In this document: piece by piece, positions 42,732 to 56,800 of the stretch
Layout: the number at the start of each line of letters is the position of its first letter
Position numbering within the stretch: the stretch's first letter is position 1
DNA from: Amphiscolops sp. MND2022
Taxonomy: Eukaryota
Assembly (NCBI GenBank): GCA_964187785.1
Contig: OZ076410.1
Coordinates: forward strand, 45,694,001-45,758,000
Direction of reading: 5' to 3'
DNA length: 64,000 nucleotides
Made by a program: the position numbers and the translations under genes
The notes under the pieces: generated by a model
Told to the model about the DNA's origin: nothing
The model's database searches: none
What the model saw: the letters and a program-made list of their open reading frames with translations, nothing else

Positions 42732-45700
42732 TTCATGGTGATTTGGGTGACATCTCCACTCTTTCATTCTGCGGACTACAGCTTTTAGAGGTTTTTTGAA
42801 GCCTTAGTCTCAAAAACATTTTTATTTTATGATGTAAGACAACAATTTGAGAGGTCACATGAGAACGCTTTCTTGTTCAAATGACCACTTTTAATTGACA
42901 CAGAGGATAGAATAATTTCATGTATCGTTTTAATCAGTGAGTTTAAGACTTCAAAAATGCGAACATGCCGTTTTTTGATTTGGTCATTAGACAATAGCAG
43001 TTGAGATGATTGGTATTAAAACATGAAGAGTCCAAAGCGTATTCAAGGTTTGAACGATTGGTTCTAAATTTCTAAATTTGGTTAGTACATAACGAAGTTT
43101 AAATGATGGTCGTCATACCACGTGGTTATGACACATTGTAGACCATAATTAGGTGATTACTTGTACCAAGTGTCAGATGAGTAGTCAGTAACTTCAAATG
43201 GTGCATTTTGATCCTGTTGTTCGATGAGCGTGCAAAATGTATGTATGTAGTATGATTAATCATGACCGATATTCAGTTCTTATTTCGAGGAATTGAGGTC
43301 AACTCATTTGTGCGAACTCTCGAGAGGTCGAAATGTCATGTTAGAATTGCTGAATCTTGCTGGTTTTAGTAAGATTTTGAATGGAAGATTTCATCATTTC
43401 TTCTCAATTCTAGTATTTCATTTTGGCGAAGGTATAGGGCATATATTTCTTTTCATCTTCTCAAAACGAGAAAATAAGAATGTCTCGCAGGCAATTTGCT
43501 GCAGTAGCTCCAAAAAATCATGGATGCTTAATGCCAATAAAGTCATCAATTGAAAAAAAAACAAGATGTCTGATGAAACTATTTCCAGCGTCAATAAAAA
43601 TTATATATTTGAAGTACATCGCGAGGTGAAATTATTTTCTTTGCAAATTTACATCATCTATGATCAGTTTGATCTTTGTGTCAATGTATCTCTGGCCTTA
43701 TTTTTAGGCTGCTATAAAACATCATATACAGAATACAGTTAATTGAAAATGAATGCCCCACAGTAAAACTAATTCCATAGCGGAGTCTAGATTTCTGCAG
43801 AAAACCGCTCGGAGACACAATCTTACTTCAGAACAAAACTCCAACGCTGATAGCGCCTGAAGTTCTAAGAAACAAACTATCCATGCAACAATACGTATGT
43901 TAATTCATTAGGATGAAATGATCAACTCAAAAGATACAAAATAAAGATGTATTCAAATAAACCATCAAACTAACATTCAAAAAGGACAAGGAATGTCCAT
44001 ACATGCTCTTGGAGTCCTTGTCCCGAGAACCAATTATGACGAATTGAATATAGTTTTTTACTTTGAAAGCCTAGAAAAAAAATGAAGAGGTGTTTATTAA
44101 CAATATATAAAGTGAGATTTTTTTGTTCATTTACGCAATTGAACCTTACCTAACTGACTCAATATTTTCCGGGAGTAAGTCATCCACTTCAGTTAATTGA
44201 ATGCTTTTCGCAAAGTTTTTAAAATGATTTCTACTACAGTTCTGCAATAGGTTGAACAAAAGAGTCCCTTCTGGCTCAAGTGGGTTGTCAGCTTGTTCTT
44301 TTGTACAATATTCTCAACAACATTCATTCAAGATGAACATGCGTAATTCGCAGGCGTCCATTGTACTATATTTTGTCTAGGTTATTTGTTCTCGATGAAA
44401 ATGGAATGTTTTTTGATAGCAATAGTGTAATGTCTGATTCAACTGGTATTCGTTTGTTTCACTCATGCAACATGTGTTTCAGGAAATACGTGTTTTCTCT
44501 CGACGAGTTTGAGACTTTCCGATGCTGGCTTTCCAACACACACCATTTCGTCAAGCTAATGCATGATAAGGTTAAATAACTCCCTCACCGTTTCGAACAT
44601 TCGTTACAAATTCTGTGCATCTTCAATCATTTTGTAGTGGCACGTTTTTTCTAAAAAGAACTGACAGTATAAGTAAAGACCAATCGTTTTGGGGAATAAT
44701 TTCACGAGGTTTCGAAGCTATGTCTGTCATCCTAACTAGTTTTGAAATGAATCTGAAATTGATCTCAAGTTATTAGACATGATTTTTTGTTATCTTGCTT
44801 CAAGTGACAAAAAAGGTTGAAGTGGGTTTTGTAATTACCTTTTTGATTTCATGCAGTTTGGTTCACTAAGACTTGTATTTAAAAGTGATGACATGTTAAC
44901 ACCTGTGTCACCCGTTTAAGCTATCAGAGTTCATCAAGTACTACAGTGAGCTGAGTGCCCACCGTGATCGTGTCGTTGGCGGGAGTGGAGCTGGTAACAG
45001 TCCAAGAAACCCCTCCCCTAGTACCACCGTGGCTGCCGCAGACTTTTGGTCCACCAGTTCCACCATATCTTCCTCCGGGGACACCGCGCCCGGTTCTAAG
45101 ATACTCGACGCGGCCTCTTTCAGTGATAACCTAACCTATTCCATACCGTTTTCCATAACAAAAACATCAGTTTTGTCGATAATCTATAACATTGATGGCA
45201 TTAGAGATTTGTAACTATTTGGACGTTTAAAGGCCAAATTACCAGTGTGACCTAGTTATTACGGATTGGTGTTCCGACTCCTTCATAAAAGCTTTCGCCG
45301 GCCATTATAATTGTACAGCACTTTGCTCGTTCATTTGAGGTACTAGAGAAACTTCGCTATGGTTATATAACTGAAACCCCTTTGGGAATCACCATTTGAA
45401 GGGCAACGATGCCAAGTTTTTTTGAAAAAGAGTTTTTCATTTGTCGTGTCCACACCATTTGTATCGCGTTCAATTCTGGAATGTTTCTCTGTTCTTAGAA
45501 TTATTCCTGCGATAGCAGGAATAATATAGAACCTAGAAGTTTTTCAGCCGAGTTTGTTCGCCAAACGAGTACCCATTGAAAAATATTCAGATATTATGTT
45601 CGGCAGTGAGTATAAGGGAGATTTAATTTTTCCAAGCTGCCGACCGCAATTCAATTCTCGCGCGATCAACCGAGCGAGTGTTAGGTATCCTTTTGTGCGA

Positions 45701-48700
45701 TGAAACAAATCAAGTGTTAATTATTCGTTCGCCAAGAGCTTCACCTGCATTCAAATGGGAATACGAAACACTTAAAATTAGCATACGCTACTATCACGCT
45801 ACTAGAGAGGTTGAAAGGTTGAAAATGAATGTCGATTTGGGAATTTTGAATGTCTATTTGGAAAATTTAATCTTTCATCTGATTGGGTCGGGAATTTTGA
45901 ATGTAATTTTGCAAATTTCCAGCGTCCTACACTGTATATTTTCTTGAGTCCGAGAAGAATTAAAAGCGGTGTAAACTGTTAAGTGATTAATTGTGCGCTA
46001 TATTTTAACAAAAGATTTCAACAAATATTTGAAAATTAATTGAATGGAGATCACTGGCCCTTTCCTTCAGACTCCTGTTCGCCTGAGACAAGTGGTGGCA
46101 TGGCGACACCGCCCAACTGCTCAAAAAATATATCTAACGAACTTACCTCAACCTCAAAAATAGCCGCTCCTGCCAATAACATATTTAATTATGCATCATC
46201 TCACCTGATACCAAACGCCTCTAACAACTACAGTCACCACAACTCACAAAACAACTCAAACCAACCATTCGAAGCCCGAACTCCTGGCCCTGGCATCAAT
46301 AATAACAACAACAATTATTACAGGTTAGGAAAATTAAAATCGAGCATCTGCAGTTATTTTGAAATAGCTTCAAAATATGATTATTAATATTTCTGCTTTA
46401 GCAGGAATATTATTAATATTTCTGCTTTAGCAGGAATATTATTGAAATCCGAAAATGTCTACTTATTTTTTTTTCAGTACAATTTTTCGGACGATCTGAA
46501 TAATTCAGATATTTTGTTCGGCAGTGAGTGTAAGCGAGAGAGCTGCCGAAGACAATTCAATTCTAGTGCGATGGAACGAGCGAGTGGTAATTATCCATTC
46601 GCATGCTGACGTCATTGAGATGAAGCGAGCGAATGTTCGTAATTGTGCTTTCGTTGTCCCGAGTTATTGAGATGAAGCGAATGAGTGTTAATTATTCGTT
46701 CGTTGAGAGCTTCGCCTGCATTCAAATGCGAATGCGAAACTTCGTCTACGCTTAGTAGTTATATTTTCTTTAGCCCGAGAAGAATTAAAGGCGGTGTAAA
46801 CTTGTACAGTGATTAATTGTGCGCTAAATAATGATGAAACAAGAGTGTATTGGTATTCCAGATATGATTCTTTTATTAATGATTTTTTTGTTTCAAAAAA
46901 ATAAAGATTAAAGCAGAAATAGTACTGAGCCCCGGAGGGGCCTATTTTCAAAACAAGCCGGGAACGGCATAAGTCGGCGCCATATCTAAGACTCAAAAAT
47001 AGCAAATGGACTTCAAAATGTCAAGTATTCTCTTCTACAGTACCTGACAAACCCAAAAAAGTTGGACCGAATTGGCGCGCTAAAAGGGGACCCTGTCGCA
47101 TTTTTAACATCCATTGTTGCAAAACATCGAAAAATTGAAGCGCCGACTAAAAAGCAGAGTCTATGATATGGTTTCCATGTCATTAGTCTATCTGTTACCA
47201 AAACAACTTTTAAAGCTATTTTACCATACCAATCAATGGTCAATTTTGTTTGCATCATTTGAATGTTTTGATTTCAGTTATAACTACTTGCAAAGCAACA
47301 GCGGCATCGTGTCAGGGGACCCGCAGCACCCTGAGATTAGTTCGTGCTTGAATCGCAATTTATGGCAGACCCTCTACTCTTACATATCCAACTTCCATTC
47401 CTCCCAGAAAAAGATTAACAGAGCTTTAGAGTGCAATAAAGATTTCTACAATGCCTGTCAAACTGTTCGGGGATCTTCCAAACAAAGTCTAATGTCTCTT
47501 CTACACAGACCCGTAAGCTTGACACTCTTGCTCGCCCTCATCTTATGCTTAAATTCTATGAGTATGAAGTCAACTGTGAGGCCATGATTTAACATATTGA
47601 GACCATTGTTGACCATTTGGTTGACAAAAGAACAGTGGAAGTCAGAGGCCAAAAGAATAGCGTTATATTATATTTGGACCAAATCCGCAAACGTTGTGAC
47701 TTGAATCATTGAACAGGAAGGTTCAATGAAGGTTTTGAAGGGTAAACGACAACTCTGAAATATTTGATTATTTCTGTCCACTCTTGGGTTTTGAAGAAGT
47801 TCGATGTAGACAATGCTTGATGTTCTACTTGGAAAGTCATCAGCTCTAATGAAATGACTACTTCTGATTTTGTAATATTTTTAAACGGTTAAATCGTGTC
47901 TTGTTTATGACCCACTCTTCATAAAATTATGGTGTCATTCAAAGTGTTCAATTTAATCTGGTTTTTCGAGTGCTTTAATCTGATGCAAAATAGCTGAAGT
48001 ATAGCATGGTCTTTTTATTGTGTCAGTCATAAAGCCAATATTTCTGTCTTTATTGTCCGTAACAATGCGCGTGCAAGTTAGTAAACCTTAAGAGTGAAGA
48101 GTGCCTATCTGGTAAGTCTGCTTCAACTGTTGTTTTTACATCACGAAAAAAATGGAAGTTGTATCTACGTGTTTTTCATCAGATAAAGCTTGACTTTGTA
48201 GATTTTTCTAAGTTTGTATTAAAACATTCCGAATAACTTTGATAACTTTGAATACATAGCAATACGATGAGCCGATTTTGGATTCAAAACATCAAGTTGT
48301 ACCAATTTTCTGAGTGTGTCATACGAACGAGTGATTCTCAATAACGTAAATCAGGTCTATGGTTTTTTCTGTGATTTTTTCCATTTTTTCGTTTCATCAT
48401 ACTGAAGAATACCGACTCCGTCCGTCTTTATCCTTTTCCCTGGAAACATGAGCGGTTTTAGGTGTTCCTCCATATATGGGCGGATTTTGAAAAGGGGGTG
48501 GTTGAAGCACCAGTTGAAACTTTGAAAGTAGGAAAACTCGGCTCACTTTGCGGGCTGTGATATCAGTTCCTTTAATACACCTTTCCAAGTGGTGCGCTGC
48601 CTTGAAAGCGCCCGTGCCTCGAAAGCATTATAGCGTGATTGATTTATTGTTTCGAAACGCACCCAATGTTCTTTGTTTTTAGGTGCAGAAGTTGTCGGAG

Positions 48701-48847
48701 TACAGCAAGTGGTTGGAGCAGCTGTGTTGCGCGACACCCGTGGGGTCTGCTGAGTACACCTCCCTCAACTCACACGCCCTCATCATCTCCCGTCTGCTCG
48801 CCCAGCAGAACAAGCTGGCCGCAATGCCCACAGTCAACATTAGTGCA
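42732..48847 (+). CDS. DH (RhoGEF) domain exons: 42732-42790, 44921-45091, 46071-46323, 47278-47512 and 48683 to about 48847
   Basis: LYSYISNF...FYNACQ...SLMSLLHRP spliced to VQKLSEYSKWLEQLCCATP...L matches the DH CR3 consensus PVQR..Y..LL..L...TP. Some exon joins near 42.8-44.9 kb are unresolved. Confidence 0.8.
45583..46003 (+). repeat. Dispersed repeat family 2, copy A
   Basis: Shares TTCGGCAGTGAG...CCTGCATTCAAATG...TAATTGTGCGCTA with the copies at 46502 and 52182. Confidence 0.8.
46502..46870 (+). repeat. Dispersed repeat family 2, copy B
   Basis: Same motifs; internal GAGATGAAGCGA.. unit repeated. Confidence 0.8.
46951..47152 (+). mobile_element. DINE/HINE-like element, internally deleted
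   Basis: AACAAGCCGGGAACGGCATAAGTCGGCGC ... GCGCCGACTAAAA. Confidence 0.7.
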
Positions 48848-49008
48848 GTTAGTGTCAATCATATCGTACAATCAACCCAGATCGTATCTACAATCACCCC
48901 CCCCCGTTTTACATGAAATATTTGTCTTTCCTTTCGACCATTCAAAGTCAAATTATGTAGTAAGTAGAATAAAAATTTCCTTTTATACGATAAATGAATG
49001 GAAGTAAT

Positions 49009-49590
49009 AAACAAGCCGGGAACGGCCCAAGTCGGCGTCCTGCTCAAGGTTCAAAAAGAGTTGAGTTTTTGAATATTCAAAAGGATACTATTGTCAAAAT
49101 TTCATCAATTTTTCACTGTCGAATAACACCCGAAGAGATGCGCATAAGACTCGAAAACCACTTTGCCCCAACTTGAAACAAGAAAAACCCTTTTTTCTGT
49201 AAAAATTCTGTTTTTTCTTTCGGAAAAAGGCGCATGTTGCCGAAAACTTTAGGGAGTCCTCTATGCTCGCAAAACGTTTCACTTCTAGTAAAAATTGAAG
49301 GGGCTTCGATAAAAACTAATTGGAAAAAAGTCGCATTGTGCCGAAAAACGACGGTTTAAAAAACAAAATTCGGATATATCGTGCTGGGCCACTGAGAAAA
49401 CCTAATTTTAAGACACAAAATATTCATTTTGAAAAATCTTACAATGCCGGAAATTGTAAAAAAGGCGCTTTGGGCTTTTTGAAAATCCAGTTTGTTGCAA
49501 AATATCAAAAAAATGAAGATGGATACTTTGGAGACATTGAAAAATTGTAATAGTCGGGCCCTTTTCTCTTAGGAAAAGCGGCGACTGAAA
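49009..49590 (+). mobile_element. DINE/HINE-like element
   Basis: AACAAGCCGGGAACGGCCCAAGTCGGCG ... 3' hairpin AGTCGGGCCCTTTTC..GAAAAGCGGCGACT. Confidence 0.75.
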
Positions 49591-50852
49591 ATACAGTGTG
49601 ACAGTACATGCTAAAGATCCGCGCATTTCTCCGTTCTTTGTACCGCGACAACTAAACCTGAATTGGTTCTCTTGGGAGAATTCGAAACACGTTTGGCTAA
49701 AATTTCTTCATTTTACTTGTAGGCTTTGGCATGAAAATTATACGAACTTTATTCTACGGGGAACCAAATTAAAGACTCCTGCAAATGCCCAGTTTCTAAA
49801 GTAATGGTATGAATAAAAGAATCTAATCCACAATTGAGTTTAGTAATTTTGGCTACTCGTTGGACAGCGAAAACTATAGGTCTAAATTCTTGCGTCTGAA
49901 CCCTTTTAATGCCTCGTTTCCCAGTCTGTGAGAAAACTAGTGTTGATACTACGTTGTAATTTCATTGCGCTAGGCATTGCACTATGTTCGAAAGGGTAGG
50001 GAAGTGTATGAAGCTTCTGATTTCATGAAATAGGGAAGTCACGGATTGGAAAAGAGAAAAGGTCATAAAAGTTGACTGCGTGTGGTCAAAGCTTGTGTCC
50101 ATGTATCATGTAATCAATCAAACGTGTTAGTTCTGTCTGCGTATCAAACTGCTTGGGTGGCGTTGTTATTGCAACACAAGCTTCTCTATTGGAGCATACG
50201 TCTTCACAGTTCACAAGTTTTAAACACATTTCAATGTTCTTGCCTTGTTCAAAGCCTTTCATTCAGTAGGATTGCCGTTTCTTTGAATCTCCGTTTGGTG
50301 CTTCACTTATTAGATTTGTTTATAATGCCAATAGGTTTGCAGTTTCAGTGTCTCCCAAACTGCGGGTCGTGTCTCTAAAATCGCAGCTTTAGCTGTTTTG
50401 TTAAATAATCTAAGACTGTGAAGTTTAAAAACCATTTGCTTGTTGTTGCATCCAAGTCACGCCGTCTTCGTGATAAAGAATTTCCATATTGAAGGTCTTG
50501 TCTTATCTATATGATAACCCTATTGAGCTTTTCTCACCCTTATTCTTCAATTTGTTTGACGTTGATTCGCTCGCTCAATTCATCGTCATGCCCCCATTTC
50601 TGGGTCGAAGTAGACTTTGATTCCATATATGGTTGATATGATACGCACATAGACACGACCATGCTCTGACAGCACTACAGAACTGCCTGTTATTTTGTGA
50701 CTATTTTGAGAACCCCGACTTATAAAACCGCAGTTTCGAATATTGCTGACCTGACCCTTCTCTTTTCGCACTTGATCACGACCTCCTTACTCACGTAGCC
50801 AGCTGCGAGTGCAAAACTTTCCGAATTTTCTGTGGACGACATGTTTCTTTAG

Positions 50853-53800
50853 ATTCCTCCCAAAGAAGACTCCTATAATGTACATGGGAGAGTGATACAC
50901 AGTGCTGTTGCGAGCAATCAGAAGCACAGTCTTTCTGGTGTCATACAGGTTAGACAAATTAGCTCCTTTTTGTGAATATTTGGAAGTTTTTGGAATTATG
51001 GTTTAAATGCAAGAGTAACATTTTAATCCAAATATTCAACAAGGCAAAAGCTGCTTCTTCATTATTCATGAATTCGGAAATCTTTCTTTTCTTCATCTCA
51101 CTGTTCCAGATTTGGATGCATTTAGTGAAGCTTCCTGATTTGGTAGTTTTTCCGAGAGTGAAAATATAGCTCTCTATAAATCTGCCGGGAATTAATAGGT
51201 TTTTTTTCTCGAATTTTGTTTCACAAAAAAAGGATTTCGGCAAATTAATGTGCGAGTGATATACTTGTTGAAATTTCATTTGTCAAATTTCTAGAGATGG
51301 CACTTGTCACGTTGTAGAATATGAGTTTTTATTTTTAAAATTCGTCAAGTTTTTCAAAGTTAACTTTTTTCAAACTGTCGTTTTCCGTTAGTCACTGTTC
51401 TTGCACTTCTCTCATCCGTGAAATGCTCATTTCTAGAAAAAAGCGCGAGTTTTGGTTTCGATAATTGATACTGCTAAATTTCGAGAAAATTCGGGAATTC
51501 GAAAAATCAGTGAATTTTTTTACCATGAACAAACTTAACCACCAAAAGGCAAAATCTCATAAAATGTGGAAGCGTTCTTCCCTGGTGACCTTCTTGCTAT
51601 TTCTCGGGAACTTTCTAGGAGATTCGTTATGTTCGAGCAAGTAATTTGTGCCGTTTTTAACAAGTCTATTCGGAGTGCTTTTTGGCACTAGAAGAATAAT
51701 GACGCATTTTCTCGTGAACTGATTTTGTAGGGACGCCAAAAATGGCTGATTATTAGGCATAACAAAACGGCCGATCCAATAAACAAAACGACCGATTTAA
51801 AAGCGTAACACAAAATTGCCGATTTTCAAAGCATCACTAAAGGACCTGATCAGCTCCGGAGACACCCCTATAGTGCCATACACACAGGAGCGAAGAGACG
51901 CGGAGCGACGTGTCATTACTTGACTAGCGGCTGGTTTTGACTAAGGCGGCCTGGAGGAGCGCAAAGCGCTCCGAAAGAAGGAGCGCTTAGTCATACAGCC
52001 AATAAGAGGTAATTAACGATAAAATGATACTTTCTAAATTGGTCATTTTGTTGCATTGAAAAATCGTCCATTTTGTTATACTTTAGAAATCGGCTCTTTT
52101 TATTATCGATAGCAAAAATATTATTTAAACCTCAAGATTTCCACTTTTTTGTTCAGAAAAATTTTTGTCGTGATAATGAAAAATTCAGGTATTTGTTCGG
52201 CAGTGAGTATAAGCGTGAGATTTAAATTTCTCAAGCTGTCGACAACAATTCGTTTCTCGTGCGATGAAACGAGCGAGTGGTATTTATGCTTTCGTACGCC
52301 GAATTCATTGAGATGAAGCGAACGAGTGTTAATTATTCGTACGCCGAGTTCATGAAATGAAGCGAATGAGTGTTAATTGTTCTTCGCCGAGAGCTTCGCC
52401 TGCATTCAAATGCGAATGTGAACTTCGTCTACGCTTAGTAGTTATATTTGCTTCAGTCCGAGATTTAAAGGCGGTATAAACTGTTAGTGATTAATTGTGC
52501 GCTAAATAGTGATGAAAATTGGTATTCCAGATATGATTTGTTTATCGAAAATGAAAGATTAAAGCATAAATGATAGAGATACATAGCTTCTTTGAAAAAA
52601 TACAATGATCATATTCGAAACCTTTTTTTTCATTTTTTTGTGTCTTAGGCAGGGCGTCAGCCTGGGCCTTTTCCCGGTTTGTTAGTTACTTTGTCAGCAG
52701 AACCTACGATTAATATATTAACCTCGGCTAGTATGTAACAAGACGGGAACGTCTAAAGTCGGCGCTATATCTAAGGCTCAAAAAGCGCAAAGTTTTTAAA
52801 ACTGTAAAAGGGGGACCCTTCGGGCTTTTTGAAAATCCAGTTTGTTGCAAAGTATCGAAAAATTGAAGGGGGACCCTTTGGAGACAAACATTTCGAATTT
52901 TTTTTTTGAAATTTTCAAAAAAAAAACGAGAATTTGAACAGTCTCATAGTGCCGAAATACTTAAAAGGGGAGACAATTTGGGCTTTTTGGCAGTTTAGTT
53001 TGCTGCAAAATATCAAAAAAACTTGAAGGTGGGACCCTTTGAAGGCAAAAAAATTCTTTAAAAATCGCACGATGAGGTCTGTGGTCTGACGAAAAAAAAC
53101 TAGCCACTCTAATAGTCGGGCTCTTTTCACTAGAAAAGCGCCGACTAAAAAGAGTTTTCAAGCAGGTGCAGTTATCTCAAAAGACCAGTTAAATTTTTCT
53201 GTCCCTCGTCGAATGAAATCTATTTTAAAAATCTTCGATAACATCTGATACTCTATGGTATCGTTTTTGATCTGTAAATCGATTTATTTTGCCAACTCGC
53301 AAACGTCACGTAATAGTTCACTACCTCACGTGAACGGTTTCATCGAATAATCAACTTTTGCTGTGAGACAAAATGTTTTTCCTCTACAGAAAGATTCGAT
53401 CCTTAGCCGTCTGAAACCTTCGCCGCCTCATCTAGGCCTTGCCTCCAAGGAAACATACAAAGTGAACGGAGCCTCAAAGAACACAGTTTTATCTTCATCG
53501 TCGACCACCCGCAAAATTAGCAGCAGTTACCCGTTGGAGAGCTCCCGTGGACACGTCAACAGCAGTCCTGTGCACCCTAACCTCAACAACTCCACTAACT
53601 TGACTGTCGCTGCTGTGAAGCGCAACGCTAAACGCAGGGGACCTGCAAACAGGCATGTTGGAAAATATAGATTGACCGATAAAAAATATATAAAGCATTG
53701 TGTAGGTGATCCATGCCGAAAACGCTCGACATTTCCATGGCGGAAACATCTGATATTTTTGTGGAAATCTTGGGAAATGATTCATTGTTATTTCTGGGAG

Positions 53801-56800
53801 AGGATTTTTCTGTTCGAATAGGTTCGAAATTTTAAAAACAAAAGTCTGGTTTCAATCGTGGTAAAATGAAATCAAAGCCTTTCAAGCCGTTAGAATTATT
53901 GTCCTATGAAAAGTTTTGCTAGGGTATGTATATTTTTAATGGTTGTGTAGTTGCTGCACAATTTCATTTTTTAAACATGCCTGTTTGCTGGTAATAGGTT
54001 GAGGAGGAAGAGTTTGCCTGATTTGGGAGAACTCACGATAATGAAGGGCGGAGTACCTAAAGTTAATGACCCGGCCGATGAGTCATCTTACGACGGGGGC
54101 AAGTTCATTCTGGAAAGTACCATCAAACTAGTCCACAAGAACTCCATAACTGACTGCTGTCTCTTTCTTTACGAATACAACCTAGCCGTCGCTCAAATGA
54201 TGTTAGTTTTTGGTGCTTTTGTAACTGGGATTGGATTCATAACAAGATTGAAGAAAAGTAAACAATCAAAGATGAATTGTTTCAACGTTTTCGCCAATGT
54301 CGTCATCGGAAATCTAAAAAGGTTCAGAATGTTTGCACTAAAAGTGCAGGTGAGATGGTATTCATCATATCTAGTTATAAACACCAAGAAAAGATTCTCA
54401 ATAGGCTTGTGCCGCAATAGGTTGAAAAAGCTGCTTTTTAATGCCAGTGGTGTTGTGTTCTCAAAACAAAACAGGCACACAGTGATTAAGAAGTTTTCGA
54501 AAGAACGACAGCTTTTTTGTGGGGCTGAAATGACAGCTTTCAATCGAACATCTGTTTTTCGGTGAACTCATCAGTCGTTCCGCGGCCTAGAATAAGTTTT
54601 TCTGAGTTTATATAGTACATTCCACAGTGGGTAGAGGGGGATGCATCGGCAAAGTTATCAAAGTATTGAGAAAAAGTGGCCCTGAGTTCAGATTTTAAAA
54701 CTCTTCTTTCAACAATTTTCTTGAAGTTTCTCAGCTACTCTGCATCTAGTGACAATCAAATCTATCCTACCGCTAAGGTTTGATCTCATACTGCTGTTCA
54801 ATCAGTTGCAAGGATTCTAATTTTTATAATGGAAGTTTAGGCCGATTTTGAATGTCCTCGTCTATTGTACTTTGACTTTTCCTGTGCGATTTTTCTTCAT
54901 TTCGTAAGAATAACAAGAAACAACTGCGGAATATTTAGATGTTTTTAGTGGGCGCTTTTTTTAAAAAAAAGTGAACGACTTTTACAATGGCAAGTTTGTC
55001 TTCTTCGGTCACCGTGTAACGTCCATTTTTAGTCGGCGCTTTTCTTAAGAAAAGAGCCCGACTATTACAGTCACTCGTTTTTTTTCTTTTTTTTAAGACA
55101 GACTCGAAGCGACGAACGTTAAAATTAACGCTCAATTACTAAATACAGTACTAAACTACTGGACCGCTAAAGGCAAACGGGGAGCGCATTCATTTTTTTC
55201 TAAACGTTACCTACAAGCCCGTACGGGACTAAAGTCAACCCCCCCCCCTTTTCAATTTTTTTTCGGCACTGTGAGACTTTTTTTCGAAATTTTTTTAATG
55301 TCCCCAAAAGGTCCCCCCTTTGAGTTTTTTGTTATTTTGCTACAGAATGCGTGTTTATAAATCAAAAAGGGTCCCCCTTTTACATTTTTCGGCACTGTGC
55401 GACATTTTCCGAAAGAATTTTTTTTCGAAAATTTCAAGTTTTTTTCCAAAAAAAAGTTTTGCGCTTTTTGAGCCTTAGATATAGCGCCGACTTGAGAGGT
55501 TCCCGTCTTGTTATAAATTTCGATAAATTTCATTTAACGTGGGAACAACACGAGCCCTTGGCGTAGTGGGTGTGAGCCTGGCTGCTAATCAAGGATTCAT
55601 GGGTTTTAATTCCAGGATGGATTTTTTTTTCTGATTTTCGCAAAAGTTAAGATCAAAGGTTCCCTTTTTTGCCGTGTTGAGCGATTTTTCCAATTTTTTC
55701 GTTTCCAACAATGGGTACCCCCTTCTGTGCTTCTGTAGTTTCCGGCTCGGAAAAAGCGTTTGGCGACCCTAAAGGGTCTCCTTTTGAAATTTTCGGCCTG
55801 ATATGGCTTTTTTCTGGAATTTTAAAATCTCTAAATTTTGAGTTTTTCTGATGCTTCGAGTCCTTTTTTGGGTATTTTTTGCAGTGTTATAGTTGAAAAG
55901 TTTCACAATAGTTGTCCCTTGCATAGTTCAAACATTTTACTCTTATCCGTCAATCATCGGCTACAACATTTGACCGCTACCGAGTTTCGGTGATAGACAT
56001 ACCATCTAGATTGTCATCTAGACAAATACAAAAACAATTGATATGAAACTATGCTATATTATTTTTGTTTTGTTACGATAGTTAACGTTTTAAATACAAA
56101 GAGATTATTTCAGAAAGCTGTTTTATCTGTATAGTTACAATACAACTGCTCACATGGGCTGTTCCCGGCTTGTTATGCAGTCAAACTCGGATAAAAACTC
56201 ATTAAGAAAAGAGTTTCTTTCATCCATAGTTTTTATCAGTTCTACATGTATTAACATAGAAAGTTTGTCTTGCATAGAAGCGGAGGAGTGAAAACGTTTC
56301 TTATATCCAAATGTTTCTTTGTCCGAGTTTGACTTTATCTTGCGACGCATAACAACCTTAAGTGCCTGTGCATTCAATATGGTACCAAAATTTTGTATCC
56401 CATCAAGAGTTGCCAACATTACACCAAAATTTCCTATTTTATTACATGAATTTCTCTGAATAGAATTTTATAATTGTAATCTAATGGTTCCTTCCAATTC
56501 TAGGATTTGCTAATAGTGGTGCATAAACACAAATCATTTTATAAAATCAAATTATCCAAATAAAGGCTGAAGCTTCAAGGCGGTTCTTACTTTTGTCGTG
56601 CAGTTTAAAAGTGAGGCTCAACTGAGTCAAATTAATTCTGGACACTGTTCGCCTGCTTTTGGTGTCCGAATTTGACAGCTGTCTCTTGCTAGAAAATACT
56701 TTTTCTACTCAAAACCACTTGTCACAGACTGCATTGTCAATCTAGTTCTGTCAAGATAGCCATCCTTTCCAGGACTGCTGGCTTGACGTTCTCTTTTCCC

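Noticed and set aside
43700-50580. Extra genes in the introns (decayed minus-strand frames near 44.2-44.6, 45.1-45.6, 47.5-48.3 and 49.7-50.6 kb)
   Set aside because: Many stops and only faint LINE-like wording; too degraded to assign, most likely old transposon debris.
55556-55620. Functional tRNA gene
   Set aside because: Degenerate B box and no complete cloverleaf; kept only as tRNA-like.
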